Both the position numbers and the translations under genes were made by a program. 32,000 bases of DNA, taken from contig NJBF01000028.1 of assembly GCA_003144275.1 (NCBI GenBank), positions 31,234 to 63,233 on the forward strand, in the 5' to 3' direction. The notes under the pieces are model-generated. The model was not told the origin of the DNA, ran no database searches, and was given only the letters and a program-made list of their open reading frames with translations. Within the stretch, counting starts at the first letter, position 1, and each line of letters starts with the position of its first letter. Shown one piece after another: positions 1 to 9,157 of this stretch. This stretch comes from Candidatus Heimdallarchaeota archaeon B3_Heim (GTDB lineage Archaea > Asgardarchaeota > Heimdallarchaeia > Hodarchaeales > Hodarchaeaceae).

Positions 1-1239
1 TAATTCAACACCATCAGCAGACGACCAACTACCAACCGCTTTTACTGTACCATCTTGGAATTGCCAAACGTCATATGTTGACTGGGTAACATCTCCAAGG
101 CTAGAGAATGTTTTATTCCCTGTAGCTCCTATGTAACCTTTTCCTACTGCAGCGATTTCAGCATTAACTAATTCACCATCATAGGCTCCAGCTTCTTCAA
201 TAGCAAGACATCCAACCATCATCGCGTCATATGCGAAATCTGAAAATAAACTGATCTTGCCACCAAAATAAGCTAAGCCTGCAGCTTCTAAAGCTTGTAA
301 GCTTGCGTTGAAATCATCAAACTTTCCTTCACCTGTTCCAAAGGAATGAGGTCGTGTCCCTAGAGTATATTGAGCATCTTCCACTATGGTAGCTGTTGTT
401 TCACTGGCATTAAGAATTGATGCATCGGCAATACCATCTGTTCCGAAAATGGGTAAATCTATACCTGCATTACGAACTTCAGTGATGAATGAACCTCCGT
501 CTATAACGTAAGAAATCATTGCTATTGCTTCAGCATTAACTGCTGCTTTAATACTTGATACTGTGACTGAAAAATCAGTAGTACCAGGGAAATAGCTAAT
601 TTGAGACGAAACATTACTTCCTAATCCACGGAATTCGGTTTTGAGACTATCTCCAAATCCAGTTCCATAATCATCACCACGATGTACGATGACAATGTCT
701 GTATAGCCTACTTCGTCTATTAATTCGGCCAATCCTTCAGCTTGTAACGAATCTTTTGGAACTGTTCTCCAGAAATAATCGTAAAGCGGATTAGACAACA
801 TTTCTGCTGTAGATGCATATGAGATCTGTGGAATGTGATCAACTCTGGCTAACTCAGCCACAGCTTTCGAAGCAGATGATCCTGCTGCACCAATGATCAG
901 CTCGCAACCAGCAGCTTTCAAAACATTGTATGCTGTTACCGCTGCAGTTTCTTCTGCTTTAGAATCTTGGATATTTAATGTGACATTAAAGCCAAAATCA
1001 GCGGAACGATTGATTTCCCACGCTGCAGCTCGCACACCATCCAATAACCCTTGTCCTAAAGGTGCAAGTTCCCCTGAAATAGGAGCTAAAACTCCAATTT
1101 CATAGACAACAGTAGGAGAGCCAGTTGGTGTATTTACGACAGTTGGTTGTGCTTGTACGGTAGACAATCCTATAAATCCGAGGAGAAGGAATGTCAAACC
1201 AAAAGTTTTTAATTTTTTAGATGTATTCACATTTTTCAC
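1..1239 (-). CDS. Type I periplasmic-binding / Venus-flytrap protein (LivK/ANF-receptor fold), probably amino-acid binding; 3' end runs off the window
   Basis: Absent from the ORF track because it is truncated, so translated by hand. The frame is open from GTG 1239 (or 1230) to base 1. N-terminus (M)NTSKKLKTFGLTFLLLGFIGLSTVQAQ is signal-like. Motifs: EIGVLAPISGELAPLG, IIGAAGSSAS, IPQISYAST, YFWRTVPKDSLQA, DDYGTG, GATGNKTFSSLGD...YDVWQF...VGSW. Confidence 0.85.
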   Translation of the reverse strand, partial: MKNVNTSKKLKTFGLTFLLLGFIGLSTVQAQPTVVNTPTGSPTVVYEIGVLAPISGELAPLGQGLLDGVRAAAWEINRSADFGFNVTLNIQDSKAEETAAVTAYNVLKAAGCELIIGAAGSSASKAVAELARVDHIPQISYASTAEMLSNPLYDYFWRTVPKDSLQAEGLAELIDEVGYTDIVIVHRGDDYGTGFGDSLKTEFRGLGSNVSSQISYFPGTTDFSVTVSSIKAAVNAEAIAMISYVIDGGSFITEVRNAGIDLPIFGTDGIADASILNASETTATIVEDAQYTLGTRPHSFGTGEGKFDDFNASLQALEAAGLAYFGGKISLFSDFAYDAMMVGCLAIEEAGAYDGELVNAEIAAVGKGYIGATGNKTFSSLGDVTQSTYDVWQFQDGTVKAVGSWSSADGVEL

Positions 1240-1458
1240 ATCATTTTCTTTTACTAAGAGTTCTTATACCAAATGCTTAGAGCGATTCTTGATTGATTCA
1301 AAATATTCCAAAAACATGACCTTTAATAATCACGATCAGCATTTGGAAAATTTTAAAGCACTGGAATTACCAAGAACATATCGTAGATAACCCTCCTTAA
1401 TCCAAACACCCAGATTGTATCACAAAACACAAGCAGTCGGTTCGGATTTAAGGAAGCT

Positions 1459-1484
1459 CACTGGCATTAATATTAATACCAGTG
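1459..1484. promoter_or_regulatory. 26-bp near-perfect palindrome, possible operator
   Basis: CACTGG-C-ATTAATATTAAT-A-CCAGTG, one mismatched pair, in the intergenic region upstream of the Venus-flytrap gene. Confidence 0.35.
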
Positions 1485-1695
1485 CCAGATAATCTCAATA
1501 ATTCTGCAGTCAAACAATCCGAATCGAATCATTAACATTCATGAAAAATCCTACAATATATTCTTTTTAAGACTTGTTTATATTGCAATTACATTTTCAA
1601 GCTAAGTTTTTTCCTTTAATTGGTAACTAAGTCAATTTAAGTGATACAACTGAGAATTATTAACTAGTTTTTAGTCATTTTGGTTATTTTTATCT

Positions 1696-2517
1696 TTAAC
1701 CCTCATATTTTTCTCGATACTGGTTTGCAGCAGTCACAGCTTTTGACGTATCAACTGCTATGCGCTTCTGCCACCAGAATGTATCGATAGCATAGAAGAA
1801 AATTGCGGTAAGAAAGAAAATAATCGGTAGAGGATCAATTGGATTCTGTACTAGTAAGTCATAAGTCATCTTCGCACCCATAAGAATTAATGAGTAGCCA
1901 AATGAAAGAAAGATAAAACTCAAGCTGTCAATATAGAGCCAATTCTTAATCCAGTTCACACCCGCAAATTCGATGTATGATCCGACAAAAATTGCTATAA
2001 ATAGCAAACCTAGTTCATCTGCAGAATAAAAAGCTAAGAATGCACACAAGGCGCGTAGATATAGGAAGTATTGATCTCTCCGTGTTTCACCAAATCGAGC
2101 TTCAAATATAATCATTGGTATAAGAAGAAGAATTCCAGGTAAGAAAAACCTATCTAAAGGGGCCTCTACAATACGACTAATAGATAAAGTAAACATGCTA
2201 ACCATGCCCCAAGCAAATCCTACATAGTAACTATATCCAAAAGTCGAATCCCACGGATGATATTTCCATTTTTTAGAATTTACACCCCAGTAATCCGTTA
2301 TATAACCAACTACTAGCCCAAACCAGAAAAATGCCCATAAATTAGGCCCTGGTCCAAAAACTATCTCATAAAGAACCATATATAGAATACCTAAGCCTAA
2401 ACAAATCCAATCATTTCGTGTTTTGTTATTTAACCAAAGGACGAATGGTACACCAAATAGAAAAAAAGCTAAATCCCACAAAGGAATAAGGGATACAAAT
2501 TCTTCCGGTAATAGCAT
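1696..2517 (-). CDS. Uncharacterised polytopic membrane protein with an internally duplicated motif
   Basis: 273 aa with many hydrophobic segments; VGYITDYWGVNSKKWKY and VGSYIEFAGVNWIKNWLY. Confidence 0.8.
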   Translation of the reverse strand: MLLPEEFVSLIPLWDLAFFLFGVPFVLWLNNKTRNDWICLGLGILYMVLYEIVFGPGPNLWAFFWFGLVVGYITDYWGVNSKKWKYHPWDSTFGYSYYVGFAWGMVSMFTLSISRIVEAPLDRFFLPGILLLIPMIIFEARFGETRRDQYFLYLRALCAFLAFYSADELGLLFIAIFVGSYIEFAGVNWIKNWLYIDSLSFIFLSFGYSLILMGAKMTYDLLVQNPIDPLPIIFFLTAIFFYAIDTFWWQKRIAVDTSKAVTAANQYREKYEG

Positions 2518-2767
2518 GTACAGATCTCTCTTGACTATTAATCTTTAAACAAATCTGATATATCTTCTCTAGGAGGCAACCCTTATTAAAGGTCTCTCAT
2601 TTCTATATTTGAAAGAGATATTTTAATATTATTGTGGATCAGCGGAGCATGACACTACGTAATAAAACTACTGCGAATGGTTACATCTTCGTAGGAGAAT
2701 TTTTATTGATAGGAGGAGTTTTCCGTCCATTAACTAAAAGATAACCAATAAAATCAAGGTGTTGCTA

Positions 2768-3103
2768 ATGGTATCCGTTATAACCGAGGAAGAGTTTGCC
2801 GAACGAATAAGGTCTAATGTTGCATCCAATAATCCCCGTCCCTTAGTTGTTGACTGTTTTACGGATTGGTGCCCGCCCTGTAAGGTATCGGCACCTGTTT
2901 ATGAATCATTGAGCAAGGAATATACGGCAGCCGATTTTGTCAAAATAAATGTTGATAAAAATCCGGGTGTAGCTCACAAGTTAAATGTACGAGGAGTTCC
3001 AACTTTTGCAATACTTCGGGGTAATAAGATTATCGCTAAAATAGTGGGCGCAGATATGCGAAAAGTTGAGAGCAAGATAAAAGAAGCAATTAAAGAGTCT
3101 TAG
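2768..3103 (+). CDS. trxA: Thioredoxin (WCPPC)
   Basis: VVDCFTDWCPPCK, FVKINVD and VRGVPTF (cis-Pro loop). ATG 2768 is preferred over GTG 2759 because GGTG at 2758-2761 fits an RBS. Confidence 0.93.
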   Translation: MVSVITEEEFAERIRSNVASNNPRPLVVDCFTDWCPPCKVSAPVYESLSKEYTAADFVKINVDKNPGVAHKLNVRGVPTFAILRGNKIIAKIVGADMRKVESKIKEAIKES

Positions 3104-3286
3104 AAGGGGTCTTGCTAGTGTGCTGTGGGGTGTAGATCCTAATCTCTTCTATTTCTTGACTTCTCTGAATATTTTTCTTCAGGTGAAAATAACCCCACTC
3201 CAATTAAATCATGAGTAATTCTGGTTTATTCGCTAGATTTATAATTTATATTACATTTAAACTTCTAATGATAGCGAGTTCTTATT

Positions 3287-4162
3287 ATGTCATCTACTGA
3301 TTACTACAAATCTTTAGGCGTCTCGAAAAGTGCTTCTAAGAGTGAAATAAAAAAGGCTTATCGTAAATTAGCCTTAAAATACCATCCCGACAGAGCAGTG
3401 AAAAGTGGTATGGATCCTAAAGAGGCTGAAGAAAAATTTAAGGAAATTTCTGAAGCTTATTCTGTTTTATCAGATGAAACTAAACGACAGCAATATGATC
3501 AATTCGGTTCTGATTACTTTTCTCAATTCAGAGGTCAGAGTGGCTTTCGTACATCGGTCGATCCTTTTGAGATATTTTCTCAGTTTTTTGGGGGGTCTTC
3601 AGGAGGTTTTTCCTTTCAAAATATGGGGGGGTCTCCATTTTCAAGTTTCCAACAACAGACACGAGCCCAAAAAGGATCAGATATCCAAATTTCCTTTAAA
3701 GTGACATCTTCTGACTTGTCAATTAATGATTCAATCCTAAAGAAAGTCATAAGTCTGAAAAGACGATTTGCTGATGGAAGTGAAAAAACAGAAAAAATTA
3801 GAATTCCTATCCCAAAGAATGTAGAAGATGGGAAAATTCTGAGAATCCCAAAGAAGGGAAACCAAGGGAAACAAGGTGGTCCACCTGGAGATTTATTGGT
3901 TAAAATCTCACTTGTTGATGATATTTTAGCCATTCCAATCTCAATCTTTCTTGCGATTCGAGGATCAGAAAGTCTTTCAATAAAATCTCCTTCAGGAGAT
4001 AGTTTAAGGGGAAAAATCCCGCCCAATACCCGTGATGGAGATTTATTAAATTTTATATCCGATATTGGAGCTAAAAGAAAGATTCGGGTTGTATATCGAT
4101 ATCCTTCTCAATTATCAGAAGAGAAAATTGCGTTATTAAACGAGTTGATTGAATTAAACTAA
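3287..4162 (+). CDS. dnaJ: Class II J-domain co-chaperone (DnaJ/CbpA-like, no Zn finger)
   Basis: DYYKSLGV...[12 protein letters not shown]...RQQYDQFG J-domain, G/F-rich linker, GGPPGDL C-terminal domain; no CxxCxGxG repeats. Confidence 0.9.
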   Translation: MSSTDYYKSLGVSKSASKSEIKKAYRKLALKYHPDRAVKSGMDPKEAEEKFKEISEAYSVLSDETKRQQYDQFGSDYFSQFRGQSGFRTSVDPFEIFSQFFGGSSGGFSFQNMGGSPFSSFQQQTRAQKGSDIQISFKVTSSDLSINDSILKKVISLKRRFADGSEKTEKIRIPIPKNVEDGKILRIPKKGNQGKQGGPPGDLLVKISLVDDILAIPISIFLAIRGSESLSIKSPSGDSLRGKIPPNTRDGDLLNFISDIGAKRKIRVVYRYPSQLSEEKIALLNELIELN

Positions 4163-4184
4163 AATAACTTTGGTATCAGTCCTT

Positions 4185-4514
4185 TTAAACCTTTAAATTT
4201 GATGAACGATTTGTTAATTGTATTTTAATCATTATTTTTCTTCCAAGCTTATCTAAAATGGTATCGAGTCCTTGTTCAAGAATTTCTTCTACAGTATAGC
4301 GATAAGTCGGCTTCAGGTTGTGTTGAACGCTTTTTCCAAGAAATAATAATACGAATTTTACAGGAAAGGTTCCAAAATCAGTTTTGATGGACTTTGAGAT
4401 GATTCCTACCGAAATACCAGTTGAATCGCTAAAGCTTTTCTCACAGTACTTATGAAAATAAGGCCATTCACTGAATTGTCCAACTACTGAAAATGTAATG
4501 ACTACTTGAGTCAT
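4185..4514 (-). CDS. Hypothetical protein (109 aa)
   Basis: Fills an intergenic gap with no competing ORF; AAGGTG upstream of the ATG on the minus strand. Confidence 0.6.
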   Translation of the reverse strand: MTQVVITFSVVGQFSEWPYFHKYCEKSFSDSTGISVGIISKSIKTDFGTFPVKFVLLFLGKSVQHNLKPTYRYTVEEILEQGLDTILDKLGRKIMIKIQLTNRSSNLKV

Positions 4515-4729
4515 ATTTCTTCACACACCTTGTCATATAACGTTAAAACAGCTCAATTTTTTAAATATTGTTTGATTAGGTTATATTACGGTGGTAAGTT
4601 ACGATTCCTTGATAATAAATTTTTGCAACTAATGCCTAGGAGTTTTTAACCTTAGGTGAATTTTAACTCTTAAATCCCTAGAAATTCAAATTTCTCAGAT
4701 TACAGCAAGCAAGAAGAAAGGTAACAGCG

Positions 4730-6271
4730 ATGACCTATCGTCGAGAGACTTGGAATCGATTTTTACAAACAATTCTACAGCGGATACCCCCTTTAATCTC
4801 GAGTTATTCATCCTCTGACCAGATGATACTTAGGACTGTGTTTGAAATTCTTTCTATAGGTGGGGTGAGTACTAAAGAGGAACGGGATAGATTTCTTACT
4901 AACATGGATCAATTCGTAAGAGAAACAATAGATGAAATGGACTATTTTCAAACACCCTTTTTATGGTTTTCAATTACTTTTTTTCTCAATTCACAACGTC
5001 TATTAGTTGAAGCAAGTTTCCATGCAGATGATTTCATACAATATCTTGTCAGAGTATTGCGAGGAGACACAAACACACAAGGTTTTTTCCAACTTTTACA
5101 AAACAAAACTCCTCTAAAGGATCTTAAATGGGAAGCACTACAATATTACTGTAATGAGATACATGACCCCTTAACAGAGATCCAAATGGACATCCTACGA
5201 GTTATCTATTCTATGGTTAATTCAGATCCCCTCCGTGCGATGGATCAGCATTATATAACACGTGAAATTGTCAAAAAAGTCCGAGTACCAAAACAATTCC
5301 GGGGTTTACATCATTTATTTTCCCGTCTTGACTCAAGATGGGGAGTATGGATGTTTCCTGAGGCATTTGGACTAAGTATTTTATTGTTCAGATTAACTTT
5401 GGCCAAAACGCGTGAACTAGAATCTTTAATCGACTTTCTCGCCCCAGAGAATGTTGTTCTTGCAATGAGTAATGTTTATTGTAATCCTAATGACCCCAAA
5501 TCCTTTTTTGGGTTTATTTATACACCTAGTGAGACAGTTACTCAATTAATAGCTTACTTTGAACAAATACTTGGTAATGATGATCTATCAGATTTTCTGA
5601 TAGAGCCAGTTATTTCAGCGCAAGCTGGGTCTTCATTAGCATTATATTCTTCAGGTAACGGGTGGGAGGATGTGTACATACCTCAACAATTTAAGAATGC
5701 AATTGAAAGTCGAAGAAGTATTAATCCAAACGATGTATCGTTAAAAATGGGATGTGTAACACCCCAATTATCTAACAGACTGAATTACAAGCTACTGGAG
5801 TCTCCACAACAGGCCATTAGCGTATATATTAAAGCATACAAGGCTTTTTCATTTGGAAATCTACCTATAAAACTTGGTGTAGATTATCATAACTCAGTGT
5901 TTTCTCAGGCCGATCTGGCATTACTAGCTAAGTTCTTCTCTAAGAAAATTGCTGGACCCACTTTCACGGTTCGGAATATCCTCAGCGAGTTTTCACTTGA
6001 TATGTTTTGGGTCGAAATTCCTCCTAAATGGGAATGCATAGCACCCAGATTTCTCCATTGGTTACCTTGGGCTTCGATTCTTTCAACTGCTGATAAGACC
6101 ATCCTCATTGCTCCTCTCACCTTAAATTTATTCAATTGGATTGAGAATCAATTATCTTGGCATATCGAACACATACACACAGTTTTTCGTTCCAAAGGTC
6201 TACAGGAGGCGTGGTACGATTATCAAAAGGTATCTTGGAAAATCCCTCACATTTTAGATCTCAACAAATGA
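4730..6271 (+). CDS. Hypothetical protein (513 aa), possible internal winged-helix/AsnC-like module
   Basis: Long ORF; segment LTEIQMDILRVIY...FSRLDSRWGVWMFPEAFGLSILLFRL loosely resembles an Lrp/AsnC HTH plus linker. Confidence 0.7.
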   Translation: MTYRRETWNRFLQTILQRIPPLISSYSSSDQMILRTVFEILSIGGVSTKEERDRFLTNMDQFVRETIDEMDYFQTPFLWFSITFFLNSQRLLVEASFHADDFIQYLVRVLRGDTNTQGFFQLLQNKTPLKDLKWEALQYYCNEIHDPLTEIQMDILRVIYSMVNSDPLRAMDQHYITREIVKKVRVPKQFRGLHHLFSRLDSRWGVWMFPEAFGLSILLFRLTLAKTRELESLIDFLAPENVVLAMSNVYCNPNDPKSFFGFIYTPSETVTQLIAYFEQILGNDDLSDFLIEPVISAQAGSSLALYSSGNGWEDVYIPQQFKNAIESRRSINPNDVSLKMGCVTPQLSNRLNYKLLESPQQAISVYIKAYKAFSFGNLPIKLGVDYHNSVFSQADLALLAKFFSKKIAGPTFTVRNILSEFSLDMFWVEIPPKWECIAPRFLHWLPWASILSTADKTILIAPLTLNLFNWIENQLSWHIEHIHTVFRSKGLQEAWYDYQKVSWKIPHILDLNK

Positions 6272-6391
6272 GCCTCAACCCTAATCACTCTAAGAAAGGA
6301 TAAATTCTTTTGAGAATATTTTTATATGAAAAGGGAAACATCAATTTGTTAGGAAACTTTATCTTATGATTGAACAGGAGCTTGATGAGAC

Positions 6392-6673
6392 TTGGTTAGA
6401 TTAATTTTCAAAAATCGAACGTTTTCAGAAGGTAGAGAAGAATCTGGGGATGCCGTTCTTATTCTTGATGAAGCTACCCAAACTGGAAAGTTAGAATACT
6501 CTCCTGACGCTGGACTAGTCATGCGTAGAACAGCCCGAAGACAAGCTGAGAGTATTTGTAAATCAGGATTCTTATTGGGGAGTGGTAAACGACTTGGAAT
6601 TGGTTTCAAGCTTGAATCCGAAGAAGATTCGATTGGCGATCGATTGACTCAAATAGGTCACGAAAATCGGTAA
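6392..6673 (+). CDS. Small protein (93 aa), candidate divergent single gelsolin-like domain
   Basis: TTG start with GGAG upstream; first gene of a tightly packed run; SGDAVLILD...LEY...RRTARRQAESI pattern. The CDS is likely; the fold call is tentative. Confidence 0.55.
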   Translation: MVRLIFKNRTFSEGREESGDAVLILDEATQTGKLEYSPDAGLVMRRTARRQAESICKSGFLLGSGKRLGIGFKLESEEDSIGDRLTQIGHENR

Positions 6674-6686
6674 ATTGGCATGTCCA

Positions 6687-7229
6687 ATGTCTGCTGGTGA
6701 GACGTTTAAAGTTTTAATATGCGGAGATTATGCAGTAGGTAAAACTACGTTTGTGAAAACATTTCTAGATGAGGATAAAGCATTTCTAGAAGGGTATAAA
6801 CCAACTATAGGCGTAGATATTGCTCGAAAGACTTTCACTCTTGACTCCACAGAAATTTGTTTTCAAATCTGGGATTTATCAGGCCAACAATCGTTCAAAA
6901 CAATACGTCCTCAATTCTACAATAGAAGTGATGGAGTAATACTAGTTTTTGATATTACACGAAGAGATTCCTTTACTAATCTCTCTTCGTGGCTTGAAGA
7001 AATTCTTGATCAAACAGGAAGAATCCCTATTGTAGTGGTAGGAAATAAAATAGATCTAGTGAATAAGATTGAGGATATTGTTCCCCAACAAGAAGCTAAG
7101 GAATATGTTGATCATGTATCCTCGTTAACGGGAATAAACGCTCCGTATATACAAGCTTCTGCAATTAATAGACAATATAATTTCGATCCGTTCATTACTT
7201 TAGGGAAACTTCTTATCGAAAAACAATGA
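6687..7229 (+). CDS. Rab-like small GTPase, no C-terminal prenylation motif
   Basis: G1 GDYAVGKT, G2 YKPTIGVD, G3 WDLSGQ, FKTIRPQFYNRSDG, G4 NKID, G5-like QASA; ends LLIEKQ. ATG 6687 or TTG 6675. Confidence 0.92.
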   Translation: MSAGETFKVLICGDYAVGKTTFVKTFLDEDKAFLEGYKPTIGVDIARKTFTLDSTEICFQIWDLSGQQSFKTIRPQFYNRSDGVILVFDITRRDSFTNLSSWLEEILDQTGRIPIVVVGNKIDLVNKIEDIVPQQEAKEYVDHVSSLTGINAPYIQASAINRQYNFDPFITLGKLLIEKQ

Positions 7230-7233
7230 ACAC

Positions 7234-8163
7234 TTGCATCAGAAGGTGAAAGGATTTCAGATATTAGCCCTAACGGACATTCACGGGAATGTAAAGGCTA
7301 CCAGAAGCCTAGTTAAGCATTTAAATAAACATTCCTATAACATTGACTTAATAACAATAGCTGGTGATTTACCTGCGACAACGTCATTGCCTGTTATGGT
7401 CCACTATATGATAAAGCATCCACTTAATGCATTGTCCAAAAAAAACTATACTCGCTGGGTATACAAAGGTAAAGGGAGAAAATCTTTTGTCAGTAAGCAA
7501 ATTTCCTCTATTAAAGAGATACTAAACCTCTTATCTTCTCTTAAGATTCCCATAATTTACATACCTGGTAATGTGGATAGTTATGAAGCTATAAAATTCA
7601 TTCGAGATTGGAAGAAGACAAAAATCAATGTTCTCGACTCAAATTCTTACGAAGGGCATGGAATGAAAATTATCGGGACAGGTGGTGCAATTATTCCTCC
7701 CTATTACTCAGAACCAATATGTGATCATGAATATCTTGAAGTGGACTATGCAGAGAAGTGGGATCGCGTGATTGAGGGTACTTCTTTCTCTAGCAAGGAA
7801 AAAATGAAGAATGTTGATATTCTACTTACTCATGAACCTCCACAGTTTGAAGCCGAATTTGATGATAAGAATGTTGTAAAAGGAGGATCTCAAAGAGTTT
7901 CGGAAATCGTGAAACAGACTAACCCAAGATTAGTTATTTTTGGTCATTATCATGAATTCTCTCTGACTAAAAACGTAAATGAAGTCACTTATGTCAACCC
8001 TGGCCCATTAGCATGCTATTATTTTGCATTAATTAATATTACACCTGAAAAAGTCGAGGTTTCACTTAATGAGTTACCGCCAGCGAAGTTAGATAGCATA
8101 AATAAGATATATTCAAAAAGAACAGCCAAAAACGTCTTTTATCGCTCTGTACGGTTTGTCTAG
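7234..8163 (+). CDS. Calcineurin-like metallophosphoesterase
   Basis: LTDIHG, AGDL, PGNVD, THEPP and GHYHE metal-binding motifs. Confidence 0.9.
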   Translation: MHQKVKGFQILALTDIHGNVKATRSLVKHLNKHSYNIDLITIAGDLPATTSLPVMVHYMIKHPLNALSKKNYTRWVYKGKGRKSFVSKQISSIKEILNLLSSLKIPIIYIPGNVDSYEAIKFIRDWKKTKINVLDSNSYEGHGMKIIGTGGAIIPPYYSEPICDHEYLEVDYAEKWDRVIEGTSFSSKEKMKNVDILLTHEPPQFEAEFDDKNVVKGGSQRVSEIVKQTNPRLVIFGHYHEFSLTKNVNEVTYVNPGPLACYYFALINITPEKVEVSLNELPPAKLDSINKIYSKRTAKNVFYRSVRFV

Positions 8164-8165
8164 TC

Positions 8166-9140
8166 ATGGCTACACTCCAAAATTCCATTCAAGACTTTTT
8201 CACAATGCTCATGGATGACTTAGGACTACTATTTTCAGATCCTATCTCATTTTTCGATACTTATTTCTTTTCAGCTCCTGGGTATAACCTCTATAATACC
8301 ATTACGTACACCACAATTGGTATTTTAGCTATTCTAATTGTGGGAAAGATTATTATCAATCTCAATAAGTGGGGGGTTCGACGCTGGGGTGAAGATTCAT
8401 TTACTCCAGTACAAATGGATAATGAATTTTTCATTGCCATACTCCCTTACATTTTCATTGGTTCTTCATTACGAGCATTACAGGATGTAGCGACTGACGG
8501 GAAGATTCTATCACCCTATGAATTTTTTGCGGATAGAGTCTTTGTCACTCCTGGAGTATATATTGTGACCATACTCCTAACCATAATACTAGGAATTGCG
8601 TCCATAATTATTTCCCAGGAATATTTACAAGATCGTAAGCATGTTTCAAATTGGAGATTTACTTTTGCAGCAATCGGAATTGTGTTAGAACTCGTTCTAA
8701 TTTTACCGTTCATCCCTCTATTGGTCGAAGATCAATCAAACATGTTCGGGGGCTTTGCAATTGTTTTGACAACTGGACTTTTCGCTGTTCTCTTTCATTA
8801 TTCTGCTGATTGGTTCTCGCAAAAATTTTTCTCTGATGTTCCTATTAGAAGAGAGGAGAAATTTGCTATGATTACTCAAATGTTTGACGCTACGAATACA
8901 GTGATTGCGATTGAGTTCTTTATGTACGAAGAAAAACACTACCTTCCTGCGCTTCTATTCCAATCACCAGTTGGATCTTGGTCCTTTTTATTCATAAAAT
9001 TTGGGGTAGTTTTGTTCTTTCTTTGGGCATTACGTGGATTTGAAAACAGGAATTTAGAACGCTGGTTATTATGGGTAGTATTCCTTCTCGGGTTGGCAAC
9101 AGGTACCAGAGATTTTCTTAGACTGATAACAAATACATAA
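8166..9140 (+). CDS. DUF63-family archaeal membrane protein
   Basis: GYNLYNTITY, GSSLRALQD, FVTPGVY, DATNT...YEEKHYLP and GLATGTRDFLR motifs; many TM segments. Confidence 0.8.
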   Translation: MATLQNSIQDFFTMLMDDLGLLFSDPISFFDTYFFSAPGYNLYNTITYTTIGILAILIVGKIIINLNKWGVRRWGEDSFTPVQMDNEFFIAILPYIFIGSSLRALQDVATDGKILSPYEFFADRVFVTPGVYIVTILLTIILGIASIIISQEYLQDRKHVSNWRFTFAAIGIVLELVLILPFIPLLVEDQSNMFGGFAIVLTTGLFAVLFHYSADWFSQKFFSDVPIRREEKFAMITQMFDATNTVIAIEFFMYEEKHYLPALLFQSPVGSWSFLFIKFGVVLFFLWALRGFENRNLERWLLWVVFLLGLATGTRDFLRLITNT

Positions 9141-9157
9141 TCGAATTTCAAATTATC

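Noticed and set aside
893-1105. 70-aa plus-strand ORF
   Set aside because: Antisense to the truncated Venus-flytrap gene that the track missed
2649-2744. 31-codon ORF MTLRNK...LTKR upstream of thioredoxin
   Set aside because: GGAG is only 1 nt from the ATG and there is no recognisable motif; it cannot be supported without expression data
3405-4026. Overlapping 99-aa (+) and 136-aa (-) ORFs within dnaJ
   Set aside because: Alternative-frame or antisense shadows with no motifs
7230-7316. Possible TGA read-through giving the GTPase a Cys-containing tail
   Set aside because: It overlaps the phosphoesterase in another frame, the Cys is not terminal, and no recoding signal was seen
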